Origin: an uncultured Verrucomicrobiae bacterium
GTDB taxonomy: Bacteria > Verrucomicrobiota > Verrucomicrobiia > Chthoniobacterales > JAFAMB01
NCBI GenBank assembly: GCA_963762565.1
Contig: CAVXLD010000010.1
Span: 32,001-96,000 of the forward strand
Length of the DNA stretch: 64,000 bases
Reading direction: 5' to 3'
Under the pieces are notes generated by a model. The model worked only from the letters and a program-made list of their open reading frames with translations. It was not told where the DNA came from and did no database searches. Numbering within the stretch: position 1 is the first letter of the stretch; each line of letters starts with the position of its first letter. A program made the translations under genes and the position numbers. Positions 9,882-20,450 of the stretch are shown piece after piece.

Positions 9882-10472
9882 ATGGCCTACTACCCACAAC
9901 AGTTCTTCAATCAGGTCTGCATCGCGGCGGCGGTTCTCGGTTCGAATACTGTGAATCTGGATAGTGCAGACGCAATGTCACGTTCAGTTATTACCGATTG
10001 GTCTCAGATTGAAGTTCATTTAGACAACCAAGAGTTAGCGGATCTTGATTACGTAGTTTCTAAAATGCATGTTTTAGTCGGTGAGCTCTGCAACACATCT
10101 ATCTACGATTATTCTGAGGAGAAGGCTGTCGAAGATCTCGTCAAGAGAGTTTTAGGCGATCGGGCCGCAAATCGTTTTTCAGAACTAAGAAATATAAAAC
10201 AAGGTTGGAGATTCGGCGGAGGCGAAGCTCTATCTCCGGCCTCGGGATCCAATTTCTCCGCGTTACTCCAACGAATACGGTTTACTCCTCCTAATTCTCG
10301 TCTTTTCCTTTTGGAGGATGGCTCACTTGCGGTTCGCTGGAAAAAGTCTGACAACTTAAAAATTACGGTTGTCGCACGGGCCTCGGGGTTCGACCTCGTA
10401 GAGGAATCGCCCGAGAACGAAGTTGAAATCAAGGGCTCAGGCCTAGACGAGCTGATAGGGCGATTGAGTTAG
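9882..10472 (+). CDS. Hypothetical protein, middle gene of the TIGR04255 module
   Basis: Starts 2 bp after the TIGR04255 stop; L..GW..GG..LS and DGSLAVRW motifs. Confidence 0.7.
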   Translation: MAYYPQQFFNQVCIAAAVLGSNTVNLDSADAMSRSVITDWSQIEVHLDNQELADLDYVVSKMHVLVGELCNTSIYDYSEEKAVEDLVKRVLGDRAANRFSELRNIKQGWRFGGGEALSPASGSNFSALLQRIRFTPPNSRLFLLEDGSLAVRWKKSDNLKITVVARASGFDLVEESPENEVEIKGSGLDELIGRLS

Positions 10473-10492
10473 ATCGTTACCGATCACACTGA

Positions 10493-10933
10493 ATGAGTCG
10501 GAAGATTTGCGCAGATGAGGAAGAATTACTTTACGGAATCACCTCTGCGGATTTCGACGAGGACGAGCTTATAGGCGAGTTTTTTGCAGGCAAAAAGGTT
10601 TCGGTTAATCGATTATGCATATGGGACCTTGCAACTTCGATTACCTGGTTTAGAGCCGTATTAGAAAAGCCTGACCGAGGCGTGCGGTTACGAGGATACG
10701 CCATCTTCCAGCATTTAAAGTTGAAGGAGTCGACCAAAGAATACCTCAAGATAAACAGAGATCTTCGGCGCGCCAATTTTACAATTTGGGTCGAGGAAGA
10801 CCCCATTCTTCCCGAGAACCCAGATCATCTTCCCGAGAACCCGGCTCACGCCGAGGTTATGCCAAAGGTGCCAGAGGGTCTCTCTCGACATCTTTTGAGG
10901 AATAGCTTCTTTGATCTTGCCCTCACTCTTTGA
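10493..10933 (+). CDS. Small putative ADP-ribosyltransferase-fold protein
   Basis: EELLY...F...VSVNR...VEEDP...NPAHAEV pattern, recognised by eye. Confidence 0.5.
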   Translation: MSRKICADEEELLYGITSADFDEDELIGEFFAGKKVSVNRLCIWDLATSITWFRAVLEKPDRGVRLRGYAIFQHLKLKESTKEYLKINRDLRRANFTIWVEEDPILPENPDHLPENPAHAEVMPKVPEGLSRHLLRNSFFDLALTL

Positions 10934-11139
10934 TCGACATCAACCAAGGCAATATCACGCAAGGATTTGTCGGCATTGTGGGTCATGATGCTGGCTAGCC
11001 GCCGCGCTCCTTCTTCAATCCTTCTGAGCAATTCAAAAAGATAGCGGTTCATAACCCTATCTTGAACACGTGTTCAACCTTGGCAAGCCTAATTTGATTG
11101 GCGCTTCAGAAAGTCTCTGATCTTAGCCACGGTCTCAGC

Positions 11140-11595
11140 CTAGTGTGGTAAGCGGCCAACAATTTTATCGATACCCGATTGCGCGCATATCTCGTCTTTA
11201 TCGCCCCCGGGTGCCCCTCCCACTCCAAGCGCCGCCACGATTTGCCCGTTGACCTTGAATGCGACCGCACCGGGCAGCGCCATCACATTCGGCAGTCTTG
11301 CCAACTCGGGCGCAAAGGGACTGGTCTTGACCAGCTCGAAGAAGGCGCTCGATGTGTCGAATTGAAAAATCGGCCCCAAAGTGACAACGGTATATGCCTT
11401 TTGAAAGCTTGATGTCCCCGTGTGGATGGTTGCACCGTCGCCTCGAAGCACGACCTGAGGGACGCCTGACAAGTTCACGACCGTCGCGGTAACCTGGTAA
11501 TGATGGATAACGCCGACTCTAACTGCTTCGCTTGCGGCCTCGACCGCCAGCTCCAGGGGTAGATTATAACTGTAAGTTCCTTCTGTCGTTGGCAT
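11140..11595 (-). CDS. GlcG/HbpS (DUF336) heme-binding protein, possibly N-terminally truncated
   Basis: VVNLSG..LRGDGA, KAYT, LGVGGAPGGDKDEICA. Confidence 0.85.
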   Translation of the reverse strand: MPTTEGTYSYNLPLELAVEAASEAVRVGVIHHYQVTATVVNLSGVPQVVLRGDGATIHTGTSSFQKAYTVVTLGPIFQFDTSSAFFELVKTSPFAPELARLPNVMALPGAVAFKVNGQIVAALGVGGAPGGDKDEICAQSGIDKIVGRLPH

Positions 11596-11808
11596 GCTGG
11601 ATTTCCTTCTGAGTCACATGGACTACAATCTAATCGTCCATTCAACCGGAGAGGGCAAGACCCGTCTGATCGCGTTCGGGCGACGTGTGGTCCGGCAGGT
11701 TCGATTCCCGCCCCCCTTAAATCGGCTCCAGTAGCAGTGTTTCCCGGACAGCCTGAATCCCTGCCAATTTCGTCCTCCTTGGGAAGGCGGTATGCCTTAG
11801 AGATTCGA

Positions 11809-12093
11809 TCACGGCCCGTGAATGGTGCGGTCGCGGAGTTCAAGTTTCTCTTCTTGGTGGGTGCGTTGAAGAGAGCGCACAATTTCGAGAATCTCCTTCC
11901 GGCCAACCGTGCGCCCCATCATCCAAGCGCGAAGCGCATCGGTCGTAGTCTCTAGTTCTGCGGCCAACGCCGTTTTGGTCATTCCATAGCGCAACCGGAC
12001 CGCTTCGACCTTCTTAATTAGGCGACGGAATTTTCCCCGTTCCGCATTTCTGCGCCCCGGTGCCCGCCACATCAGTGAGTGCCGGTTGGCCAT
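11809..12093 (-). CDS. Small XRE/Cro-like HTH protein
   Basis: GMTKTALAAELETTTDALRAWMMG helix-turn-helix pattern. Confidence 0.6.
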   Translation of the reverse strand: MANRHSLMWRAPGRRNAERGKFRRLIKKVEAVRLRYGMTKTALAAELETTTDALRAWMMGRTVGRKEILEIVRSLQRTHQEEKLELRDRTIHGP

Positions 12094-12267
12094 CAATACC
12101 ACTTTGCCCGAAGGTGGATTCACAAGCAATGGCCGCGAAGCTGAGCTTGTAGTTGGCCCGTGTCAGTTGCAGAATAGTTTTCGCAAAATTTGAGCAGCAT
12201 GACGAGGCAACCGCAATCAGCAAGCTGGCAACAGTGGTAGAACCGTGCTGGGGCGCACCTTTCTCTC

Positions 12268-13218
12268 ATGGAACAGTGGATCACAGCGCTCGAAAAGTGG
12301 GCAGCCGCCCATGAACCACTTATCACATTAACCGGAGTGACTTTTGCCATCGTTGTCGCTCTAATACCGGGCGTTCGAAAGGCGATTCACGCTGCTGAGA
12401 AGTGGCTTTGGCAGCGCATGCCATGGAACCAAAGCAATGCCCCGCCGCCCTGACCTGCGATTTGTCGCGATTCCGCACAGAAGCGGCCTTTGTCAAAATG
12501 CAAGGCCCTGTCGCTGGTGTGAATGCGCAGATCCTACACGGTGTGGCACGTAACGAATGCGTCTACAGCCGGGTTGCCTGTCAAGCTTTTGAGGGCACGC
12601 CTTACCGAACCTCATTTACCTGATCTAGGAGTGCCGGAGATGATTTACGTAGAGAGAGGCTCCGGAGTTCTTGGACACGACCAAGATGCATTAAGGCCCG
12701 GAGAGACCAGATGCGTGGACATCAGGATATCCGGCGTCTTTACCGGCCCCACCCCGAGCAAACCGATAATCGTGCAAATAACTGTTACCGATCAGCTGGG
12801 CAACGAATATCGGCTACCCAAGTCACCGCTTCGCGTCGTGGTCCCTGAGCCGCAAAAAGCCGTCCAGCCGATCCCGGATAAGCCTCCTTCCACTACAAAG
12901 GTCTTTGCAGTCAGGGTGACTCTCCCTTCTGATGTTTGGGAAGTGATCGTCGAATTCTCTGGTGACTTGGCGAAAAACAATTCTGAGGACAGGCTCGGAG
13001 AGCAAGCTAGCTATGCTGCAATTGATGCACTCAACCGAAGATGGGAGAAGCTGAATCCAAATGGCCCCGAACTTACGAACTTCACCTATCCGAATCTCGC
13101 TCGTGACGTTAGCACCAAAGATCTCACTGGTCGCGATGTAAGCAGCCTCACGTCGGGAGCTGTCCACTATCAACTGACGGTAGATCTTCGAGTTTGGATC
13201 ATCAACGGGCCTACTTAG
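12268..13218 (+). CDS. Hypothetical N-terminally anchored membrane protein, frameshift near 12445
   Basis: TM-containing ORF 12268-12453 appears to continue in another frame into ORF 12523-13218 across a C-rich run. Confidence 0.5.
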
Positions 13219-13469
13219 TGCGCGGACCACAGCAGATGGGGCCATTGTAGTACACTTCCCGCTTTTTGGAATTCCTTGCTTTTACGGATTCCACTTTGCT
13301 AGTCTTCGCTTGCAGTGAAGCTCCTCGCGATACTTGTCATCGCTTTTCTTTTGCCTGCGCCCCTGATTCGGGCTCACGACTTCCCAACCTCTACCGGCTA
13401 CCTACTAGCTCAGTCTGAAGAACGCCAAGTCTGGGTTAAGAAAGGGATCTAACTGGAATCGCTGTTTCT

Positions 13470-14356
13470 ATGGGCTGCTTAATACTTCTTTTGGTTGTAG
13501 TTGGATTGTTTACGTTACCCTTTGGGCTTATCTTCTGGGCTCTAGCGGCCATGATCTGCATCATGCGAGGAAACAGTCAGCAACAAAGCCGAGCGGCGAG
13601 CGTAGCGATGCAGGAAATGGAACTGTTACGCGAACAGCAATTTCAACTCACGGCTACGCCCGAGCAGAGACTTGCACGCGATAAACTCCGGGAAGAACAA
13701 CGAGCCGAGAAGGCGAAAGCTCAGCCAACCAGCTTAAAATGTGGTTAGTTCTGGGAGCCATCGGCATTGTTGTCCTTTTCTTCTATGGAGTAGGACATAA
13801 AGATTCCGCTCCGACGCCTCCCCCGGCAACCGCAAGCCTTACTCCGACCGAAAGCCCAACGGCCACGCCGGAGACGGTGGCGGAAGCGTCGCCAACTCCC
13901 TTAGCACAGAGCACACCAACACCCGAGACCGTGGTTATGCGTGCTGAGCCCGTTGCTACCCCGACAGCTGAGCCATATGCTTTTATTGCCAAGATTCAGA
14001 CTGCGTTTGATAACCACGATTGGAGAACGATAACGGATACTACGGCAGATGGAAAGGTCAACTACTTCGGTCACCGTCATGCCTCTAACGCCTATATAAT
14101 CCGAGACATGCAAAATGACGCCGTGATTTACTCATCGGCAAAAAGCACGTATTACCCCGAGACCTTCACTCACGACCTGTCCGACCCTTCCATGATCTAT
14201 GATTCCATTAACGTGTACTCCGAGGCGCAAGAACAGCATGGCCGGTTACACAAAGCGCTCGTCCGTCTTACGGTGGGCTACAGAATCGAAAACGGAGTCC
14301 CTGTTGTCTACGCCATAGTCGAGAAGGTGCTGTCAAAAGCCAAACCGGCCACATAG
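13470..14356 (+). CDS. Membrane protein(s) with Pro/Thr linker and C-terminal globular domain; two overlapping ORFs, probably one frameshifted gene
   Basis: TM segments in 13470-13748 and at the start of 13739-14356, PT-rich linker. Confidence 0.6.
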
Positions 14357-14692
14357 GAATCAAACGGCCTAACGCTCCCTCTGGTTATACCAGACCTTCG
14401 CGCCGCAACTGGCTACTAGGTTGGGCGTTGAGTATTGAGACAGATCGGCTTCTTCTTCGACCGTTTGCCAGTCACCAGACTTAAAACCAGGAATCTTGGT
14501 ACGCAGAAGCTCGCTAGGGAGTATGCACCAGCGCCTGTGAGCCCGCCAAATTTTCCGAACAACAACTATGACAAAACCAAAGTTATTGCACGGCGAATTT
14601 TCCCAGCATTTTTCCCAGATAGATTTGCAATTAAGAGAACGCACGTCTCTTAAAGTTTCCCCGGTGCAGAAGTGATTGGCGCGTTCTCTTTT

Positions 14693-15025
14693 TTAGCGGG
14701 TGTTTATCAAGATCCGAACCTCTTCGGTCACGTATTGCTGAGCCTTGGTAAGCACTTTGCGCTCCTTCTCGTTGCTGGCCAATCCAGGCAACTCCGAGGC
14801 TATTTCTAACACCTGCAATAGTTCATCGTCTCGCCCGTCCGATGCCTCAGATTCGCCATAATCATAATTCGTAGGCTTCGGTCCAGTCTTGTTGACTTGG
14901 AACAGCTTGTTATCCGATCGCCATTGCTTAGCGCCTGGTAGATCCACAGGCATCCCCCGAGCTACATCCTTTGAGATTTGGGGTCGTGACAGGTTTAGAG
15001 CCTGAGCCAATTGCTTATGGGTCAT
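14693..15025 (-). CDS. Lambda Nu1 (small terminase DNA-binding domain)-like HTH protein
   Basis: KQLAQALNLSRPQISKDVARGMPV resembles the Nu1 N-terminus (KQLA..F......I..W...GMPV). Confidence 0.6.
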   Translation of the reverse strand: MTHKQLAQALNLSRPQISKDVARGMPVDLPGAKQWRSDNKLFQVNKTGPKPTNYDYGESEASDGRDDELLQVLEIASELPGLASNEKERKVLTKAQQYVTEEVRILINTR

Positions 15026-15449
15026 GTGGACAACTATGCGAATGCACCAAAGCGTGATGTCGGCGGTCGAATCAAAACCAGCCAGTAATGGTCGGATTAA
15101 AACCAGCCACTTTTTCTGTTTAAATCGATAGAGGACGTTTTTGCAAGCGGTGATTATAGAGCGGCCGGGCGGGTTTGTGATAAAACGCAGATTTCAACGC
15201 CTTTTCAAAACGTATCATTTATTGGAAGCCCGATTTGTTTTAGATTTTGGGAGCGAGGAACGAGCGAACAAGAATCAAACGCAAAAGACAGTGACCTCTT
15301 AGCGCGGAGCGGAAGCGAGCTCAAGGTCAAAACGGAATAAATGGGGGCAGCCCGTAGGGGGGACCTGTTTATGCCGGATTTGAGCTTGAACTCGATGGAG
15401 CAGAGCGCAACGGGGTTGCGGTTGTTAGCGAGAGAGAGCTGTAGGGCGC

Positions 15450-16202
15450 TTAATGACTGGATTTGGAGGGTTTAGCGAGCGGCTGGAGTCTGTAGCTTCG
15501 GCCGTTGATAGGGATGATCTCGGCGTGATGGAGCAAGCGGTCGAGGATGGCGCTGGCGGCAGGCACATCGCTGAGCAACTTGCCCCATTCTTCGATGGGT
15601 CGGTTGGAGGTCATCATGGTGGAACGGTTTTCGTAGCGGCGCATGATGATCTCCAAGAGGATTTCGCCGCTTTTTGGCGGAAGGATTTTGAGCCCCATGT
15701 CATCAATGATCAGCAGATCGGGCTTAAGGTATTTATTGAGCAGACGAGCCTCACCGGCTAAGGGTCTCCTGAGTCAGTAATTCGCGCACTAGATCGAAGA
15801 TCGAGCGGTAAAGGACCACAAAGCCGGCTTTGAGTGCTTCCAGGCCGATGGCTTGAACAAATGACTTTTGCCGACCCCTGGCGGGCCGACAAAGAGCACG
15901 TCTCGGTGCTGACGTACGAAGTGACAGGTGGCCAGTTCATAGATTTGGGCGCGATTGATGCTGGGATTAAAGCTGAAGTCGAAGTTATCGAGCGAGCGCG
16001 GTTCCCGGAAGTCGGCTGATTTGCGCCGACGGGCTAAAAGGCGTTGGTGGCGGACATTGATTTCGTCTTGGAAGAGTAGTTCGAGGAACTGTGCATAGGG
16101 CAGGCGGTTGGCTTCGGCTTCCTGCAACCGCAATTCCAGGCTCTCAAGCAGTCCGGAAAGACGCAGATTCTGAACATGTTGTTTGAGAGTGTTGGTCATC
16201 AT
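15450..16202 (-). pseudogene. istB: IstB ATPase, frameshifted
   Basis: LDNFDFSFNP, GPPGVGKSHL Walker A, MMTSNRP..W, AILDRLLHH..INGRSYRL across more than one frame. Confidence 0.9.
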
Positions 16203-17768
16203 TTTGGTGTTGGTGGTAGTAGTGGTTAATGAAGTCGGAGTAGGTTTTTAGATCGCGGATCAGAGGATGGCTCTCGGCAAAGCCGAAGGCGGTCTGTTCG
16301 GGTTGTTCGCCGATCAGCCGGCGAACGTCTTTGAGCCGGTAAGTGCCGCTCTTGAGTGCCTTGGCGCAGGCGGTATTCAAGGCCGCTGCGGAGTGCTTCT
16401 TAATCAGGTCGCACAGACCCATAATCGAGCGCAGCGACTCTGGACCGCGTGCGTCGAGGCACTCTGAGCCCATTGGCCGCATTGCTCGCCCAGAACCGCC
16501 GCTCGGTTGACCCAATAACGGCACGAGGACAGCACCGGAGCGCTGAAGCCGCCGGCTCCCAAGCAGTGGCTGAACTTGCCGGCTGCGATGCGGGTATGCA
16601 TCCCAACCTGTTCCATGCGCTCGTTGAAGATCCGCACGCAGCGGCTATCCCAGCGGACCCAGACTTGGCGGCCGATCAGTTCCGGTGGCGCTTCGTAAAA
16701 GGCTTTTTCGACTTCCACGTAACTGTCCCGATGGACGCTGCGCCGTGCTTCCTGGAAGCAGGGAAAAAGCGATTCCGGCAGTGGTTGCAGGTGCGGGCGT
16801 TCTTCTTCAAAACAGGCGGCGACTTGTTTGCGCGTCGTGCCATGGATGCGCTTGTCGGCGACGCTGCCTTCCCAATGTTTTAAAAAGAGGTTTTCTTCGG
16901 CTAGAGTTCGAAGCGCCGGCCCTTGAGCGCATTGGTGCGAACGTAAGCGACTCCCCGCTCTACTTTACCTTTGTGTTCGGGCGTCCCGGGGCGACACGGC
17001 ACCACATGCATGCTGTAGTGCCGGCAGAAGTCGGCCAGCTTTGGATTGATCTCCGGATCAAACCAGTCGGCCTTCAGCACCGCCGCCTTCATGTTGTCGA
17101 GGTTCAACAAGAGCGGGGTCCCGCCAAAGCTGCGGAAGCCGTTTTCCAGACAGCGAAGGAACGTCTCGGTGTCCTGCCGGCTGACCGCCTCGCTGTAGCC
17201 TTTGCGCGAATAACTCAAGACCATGCGCAAGACCCAACTGCGCCGCCTTTTGCCTTGGCCCGCATCGATCGGTGCTCCCAAGACCAAAATCCAGCTGCAG
17301 TTCTTCCCCCGGCTGACATTCCAGGCGCCAGACCCGCTCGGGCTGCCTCGATCGCAGCTTGCGCACAAAGCGTTTTACCGATTGATAGGAATCGGTGAAG
17401 CCGTTTTCCTCAACCAAATCCTGGTAAATGCGTTGCGCGCTTAAACCCACTTCGACCTTGGCCATGATGACTTCGGCCAGGGGTTCGCACTGACTCTTTC
17501 GCCCACCGCCTTTGCCGGCGGTCGAAATGGCTGGTTTTGCTTCGCTACTTCCTTCAAAGCCGGCGGTCGAAATGGCTGGTTTTGCTTCCCTAGCTCCTTC
17601 CGAGCCGGGGGTCGAAATGGCTGGTTTTGCGTTTTCAGCTAAGCGCAAATACCGCCCGACGGTCTCGCGATTGATCCCAAGCTCGCGTGCGATCCGCCGC
17701 TGGGACCAGCCTCTTTCGGCTAAACTGTGAATCGTCGTTTGCACGCTCACTTTGAGGACGTTCGACAT
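16144..17768 (-). pseudogene. istA: IstA DDE transposase, several frameshifts
   Basis: SQRRIARELGINRETV HTH, PGEELQLDFG, LDNMKAAV, KGKVERGV spread over at least 4 ORF pieces. Confidence 0.9.
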
Positions 17769-17918
17769 GCCCCATTGGTCCCGCAGATCCGGGCCGTCCA
17801 GGAGCTGTTTTCAGTCCCAAAAAGTGGCTGGTTTTGAACCCCTTAATTTCGACCTTTAGTGGCTGGTTTTGAGTGACCGCTGACAGTGAACCTTGGTTTT
17901 CAGGAGGAGAACACGCTA

Positions 17919-18240
17919 TTTGGTACGGTTTGGTACCAGATTCATTGAATCGTCAAGAACTTTGCCCACGTAGAAGAGGCTCCGGCTTTCGCCCCCGCAT
18001 GGGGTGGTGACCGTGTCCAGAAGACTCCCTGACGGGAGGTTGGTGTATGGTTTTTTTAATTTGAACCGTCGCCGAGCCGCTCCAGTACTTGATCCACACA
18101 CGTTTTGCATACCTTATAAACTACACTTTCGCATTGTTAGGCGCTGCGTTAGTTACACTAACAACCTCGGGGATTCTGGTTCTTACTGATCCAGTTTTTG
18201 CCAGATCTGACTACTCCTGATTTGGGTGTGTAGTGTGGGA
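17919..18240 (+). ncRNA. Candidate structured non-coding region (second)
   Basis: Series of hairpins with + strand G-U pairs, e.g. 17919-26/17933-40 and 18040-53/18063-75; also 18134-40/18158-64 and 18120-26/18228-34. Confidence 0.4.
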
Positions 18241-18290
18241 GCAATCACCAACAAAAGAACGACCATGGTATTTGCCCTCTAGTTCCGTAT

Positions 18291-19086
18291 CTAGTTCAAG
18301 CCTTGAGCCGCTTTCGCTTTCCAGAACGCCTCGACAAATGCCTTGTCATTTTCTTGAGCCAATCTTTCAATGCCCGTAACGTAGTCACGCCATTCTTCTT
18401 CATCCGCTGCGTAGAGCATGTCACTAAGTGGTTTGGCAAATACTGTCGATTCTTCACACACAAACTCAACCAGGACCCCGTCTAGTTCCGCGTTTCTTGG
18501 AAAAAAACTTGTCCACTAGATCCTTGATCTCATCTTCCGAGCCTTTATAATCGTCGTCGTCGTCCTCGGAATCCATATCGATATCTACATCTCGGTCACT
18601 GTCGTTATCGTTATCGTCGCTATCATCCGAGCCGTTGTCGTCGTCTTTATCCGCGTCGTAACCGGGCGAGTCTTCGTCGTCCACATCAATTCGGAATCGC
18701 TTTGTCCCACATGACACAAGCCGACCTTCCTTTAAATCTTGTTCTGCCGTTGGTTGCTTTTTCTTAACCTTTTTCTCTGGATCTTTCCCCACTAAATCCT
18801 TGCTAGGATTCGCGCTCTTGCCCTGCCTGCCCGGTTGGGTCACATGAGCGGTTCCAGGGTTGACCTCGTTGATAAGCTCTTCGTCTGCACCCTCTTCTTC
18901 TTGATCTTCGATTTCTCCTCTTAGATCGTCAATATCTATCTCGCCCGTGTGTTCGTCACTATCATCTGATAAATCATTTTCTGGATCTTCCACATTCTTG
19001 TCAGGATTACTATCTGGGTCCCAGTCCCGAGCATTCGGCAAATCATTTATGTGAATGACAGGGTAGTGGAGCACATAGGAATTCAT
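18291..19086 (-). CDS. Highly acidic, low-complexity hypothetical protein (~264 aa if one extra base in the T7 run at 18501-18507 is removed)
   Basis: D/E-rich ORF 18466-19086; the +1 frame continues PRNAELDGVLVEF...WKAKAAQGLN to TAG at 18291. Confidence 0.65.
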
Positions 19087-19378
19087 TCAATAGACTAACG
19101 GCTTATTTAACGTCATCACATACTGTGATGCCACTCCCCGCTTTGCTTGTTGCTGGGCAGCAAGTTCATCTTGGCATCGAATACAATAAGGCATTTTCAA
19201 ATTTGGATTGTCAGGCGAAGGATTGAAATAAAAAAAGCTGTAATTCCCGAGAACATCTTCCACAAATCTTTGTGTGCGGTTCCCGCAAATTAGGACCAGC
19301 GCTAGACTTTCTCGGATCGGTGAGGTGGCGAATGTTTGCGGCGCGTTTATCTTGCAAAAAATCAGTTCTCGTCTTCAT
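19087..19378 (-). CDS. Small CxxC...CxxC zinc-finger protein, frameshift at the T7 run 19230-19236 (absent from the ORF track)
   Basis: MKTRTDF...KICGRCSRELQLF / YFNPSPDNPNLKMPYCIRCQ...PLVY; its TGA abuts the ATG of the next gene. Confidence 0.65.
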
Positions 19379-19385
19379 GTTTTAT

Positions 19386-19592
19386 TTAGTCCATTTCATC
19401 TCGGAGTTCTATCAACCGTTTTTGGGTGTCGAGTAGAATCAATCGTAATTCGTCGCACCTTTGTCGAAACTGTTTCGCTGTGTTGGCTATCTCGACTCCG
19501 ATCTGCTCGGAATAATTTCGCCAAGCTTCTTTGGTTAATTCTATTTCGTCAGGTGATCTAAGTTCAGTTTGCCAGTATGCTTTCAAGGACAT
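19386..19592 (-). CDS. Hypothetical helical protein
   Basis: 68 aa; start overlaps the upstream stop (TAATG). Confidence 0.65.
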   Translation of the reverse strand: MSLKAYWQTELRSPDEIELTKEAWRNYSEQIGVEIANTAKQFRQRCDELRLILLDTQKRLIELRDEMD

Positions 19593-20089
19593 TATTTGAT
19601 AATTATAACGTTCGGGTGCATTTTCTGGAATGCGTACAGTATTCCACGGTTAGTAGGTGATAACTTATCAAAGTCCTCTCGGCTTATTCCTACCGCTTTC
19701 CGAGCAGCCTGTAGTTCCATGACGTTCCGCGATTTGTCTAAACTATAAGGCTGGGCTGTATTGTTGTCGGAAACGTGGTGAGGAGGTTCCGTTTGCCCGT
19801 CACGGTTAACTTTCGCCCGTTGTGGTGTGTCATCGTCTCCGTCTTTGGTCACACTCTCGGGCGTATCCACTCCTGAGTCAGTATCTGGATCGGTTCCGCT
19901 TTGTCCTGGAACCCAACTCCGTGCATTTTCGTCAGGTTCCCAATCATTTGGCAGATCTACTGCCGCGGTTAATGATTGTCCTGCCATGGCAGGAAATTGG
20001 TCCAGGTAACCACTGGATAAATGGGTTATTCTCGAATTCTTTCGAGCGTTAAAGTTCTCTACGAAAATTTTTCTCTCTTTACTGGTCAT
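19592..20089 (-). CDS. Hypothetical protein
   Basis: 165 aa; ATGA overlap with the upstream gene. Confidence 0.7.
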   Translation of the reverse strand: MTSKERKIFVENFNARKNSRITHLSSGYLDQFPAMAGQSLTAAVDLPNDWEPDENARSWVPGQSGTDPDTDSGVDTPESVTKDGDDDTPQRAKVNRDGQTEPPHHVSDNNTAQPYSLDKSRNVMELQAARKAVGISREDFDKLSPTNRGILYAFQKMHPNVIIIK

Positions 20090-20441
20090 AGTCTTGTCTC
20101 CTTGTATTTCCTGGTTAATTCCTTGGTTTTCCTAACTGCCTCAGTATTACAAGACTGTTCGCCTTTATACCTACGTCCCATTGACTGGAAATTCACGATG
20201 CGATTCCCTGAGAGGTTTTGCGGATTTTCAAACATCAAAGGATTGTTAACCAGATAAACCAGCTTGCTAGTAACCTCTGCGCTGAGGTTTCTGCGTTCAC
20301 TCAAAAAATCACAAAGGGTCCGCTCTTCATTCCTAGGCTGAACGCTAGGCTGCGCTGAGTGACTTTATGATATTCCAGCCATTGTAGAACGTCACTTCTT
20401 AGTCTCTCAATGGCATCAAAATTGGATAGATTCTCGGGCAT
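20086..20441 (-). CDS. XRE/Cro-like HTH regulator, one base missing near 20321
   Basis: MPENLSNFDAIERLRSDVLQWLEYHKVTQRSLAFSLGMKSG / TLCDFLSERRNLSAEV joins into a canonical HTH. Confidence 0.65.
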
Positions 20442-20450
20442 ACAAAACAT

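Larger units (their letters stand above)
15058..17885 (-). mobile_element. IS21-family insertion sequence (2828 bp)
   Basis: TGT..ACA ends, IR TGTC(G/A)GCGGTC..TCAAAACCAGCCA, internal repeated AAAACCAGCCAC, 4-bp target duplication GTGA (15054-15057 / 17886-17889). Confidence 0.95.

Noticed and set aside
15453..17730. Plus-strand ORFs within the IS21
   Set aside because: Antisense shadows of istA and istB.
17916..18110. 64-aa minus-strand ORF as a confident gene
   Set aside because: No recognisable motif and it overlaps a hairpin-rich region; left unresolved.
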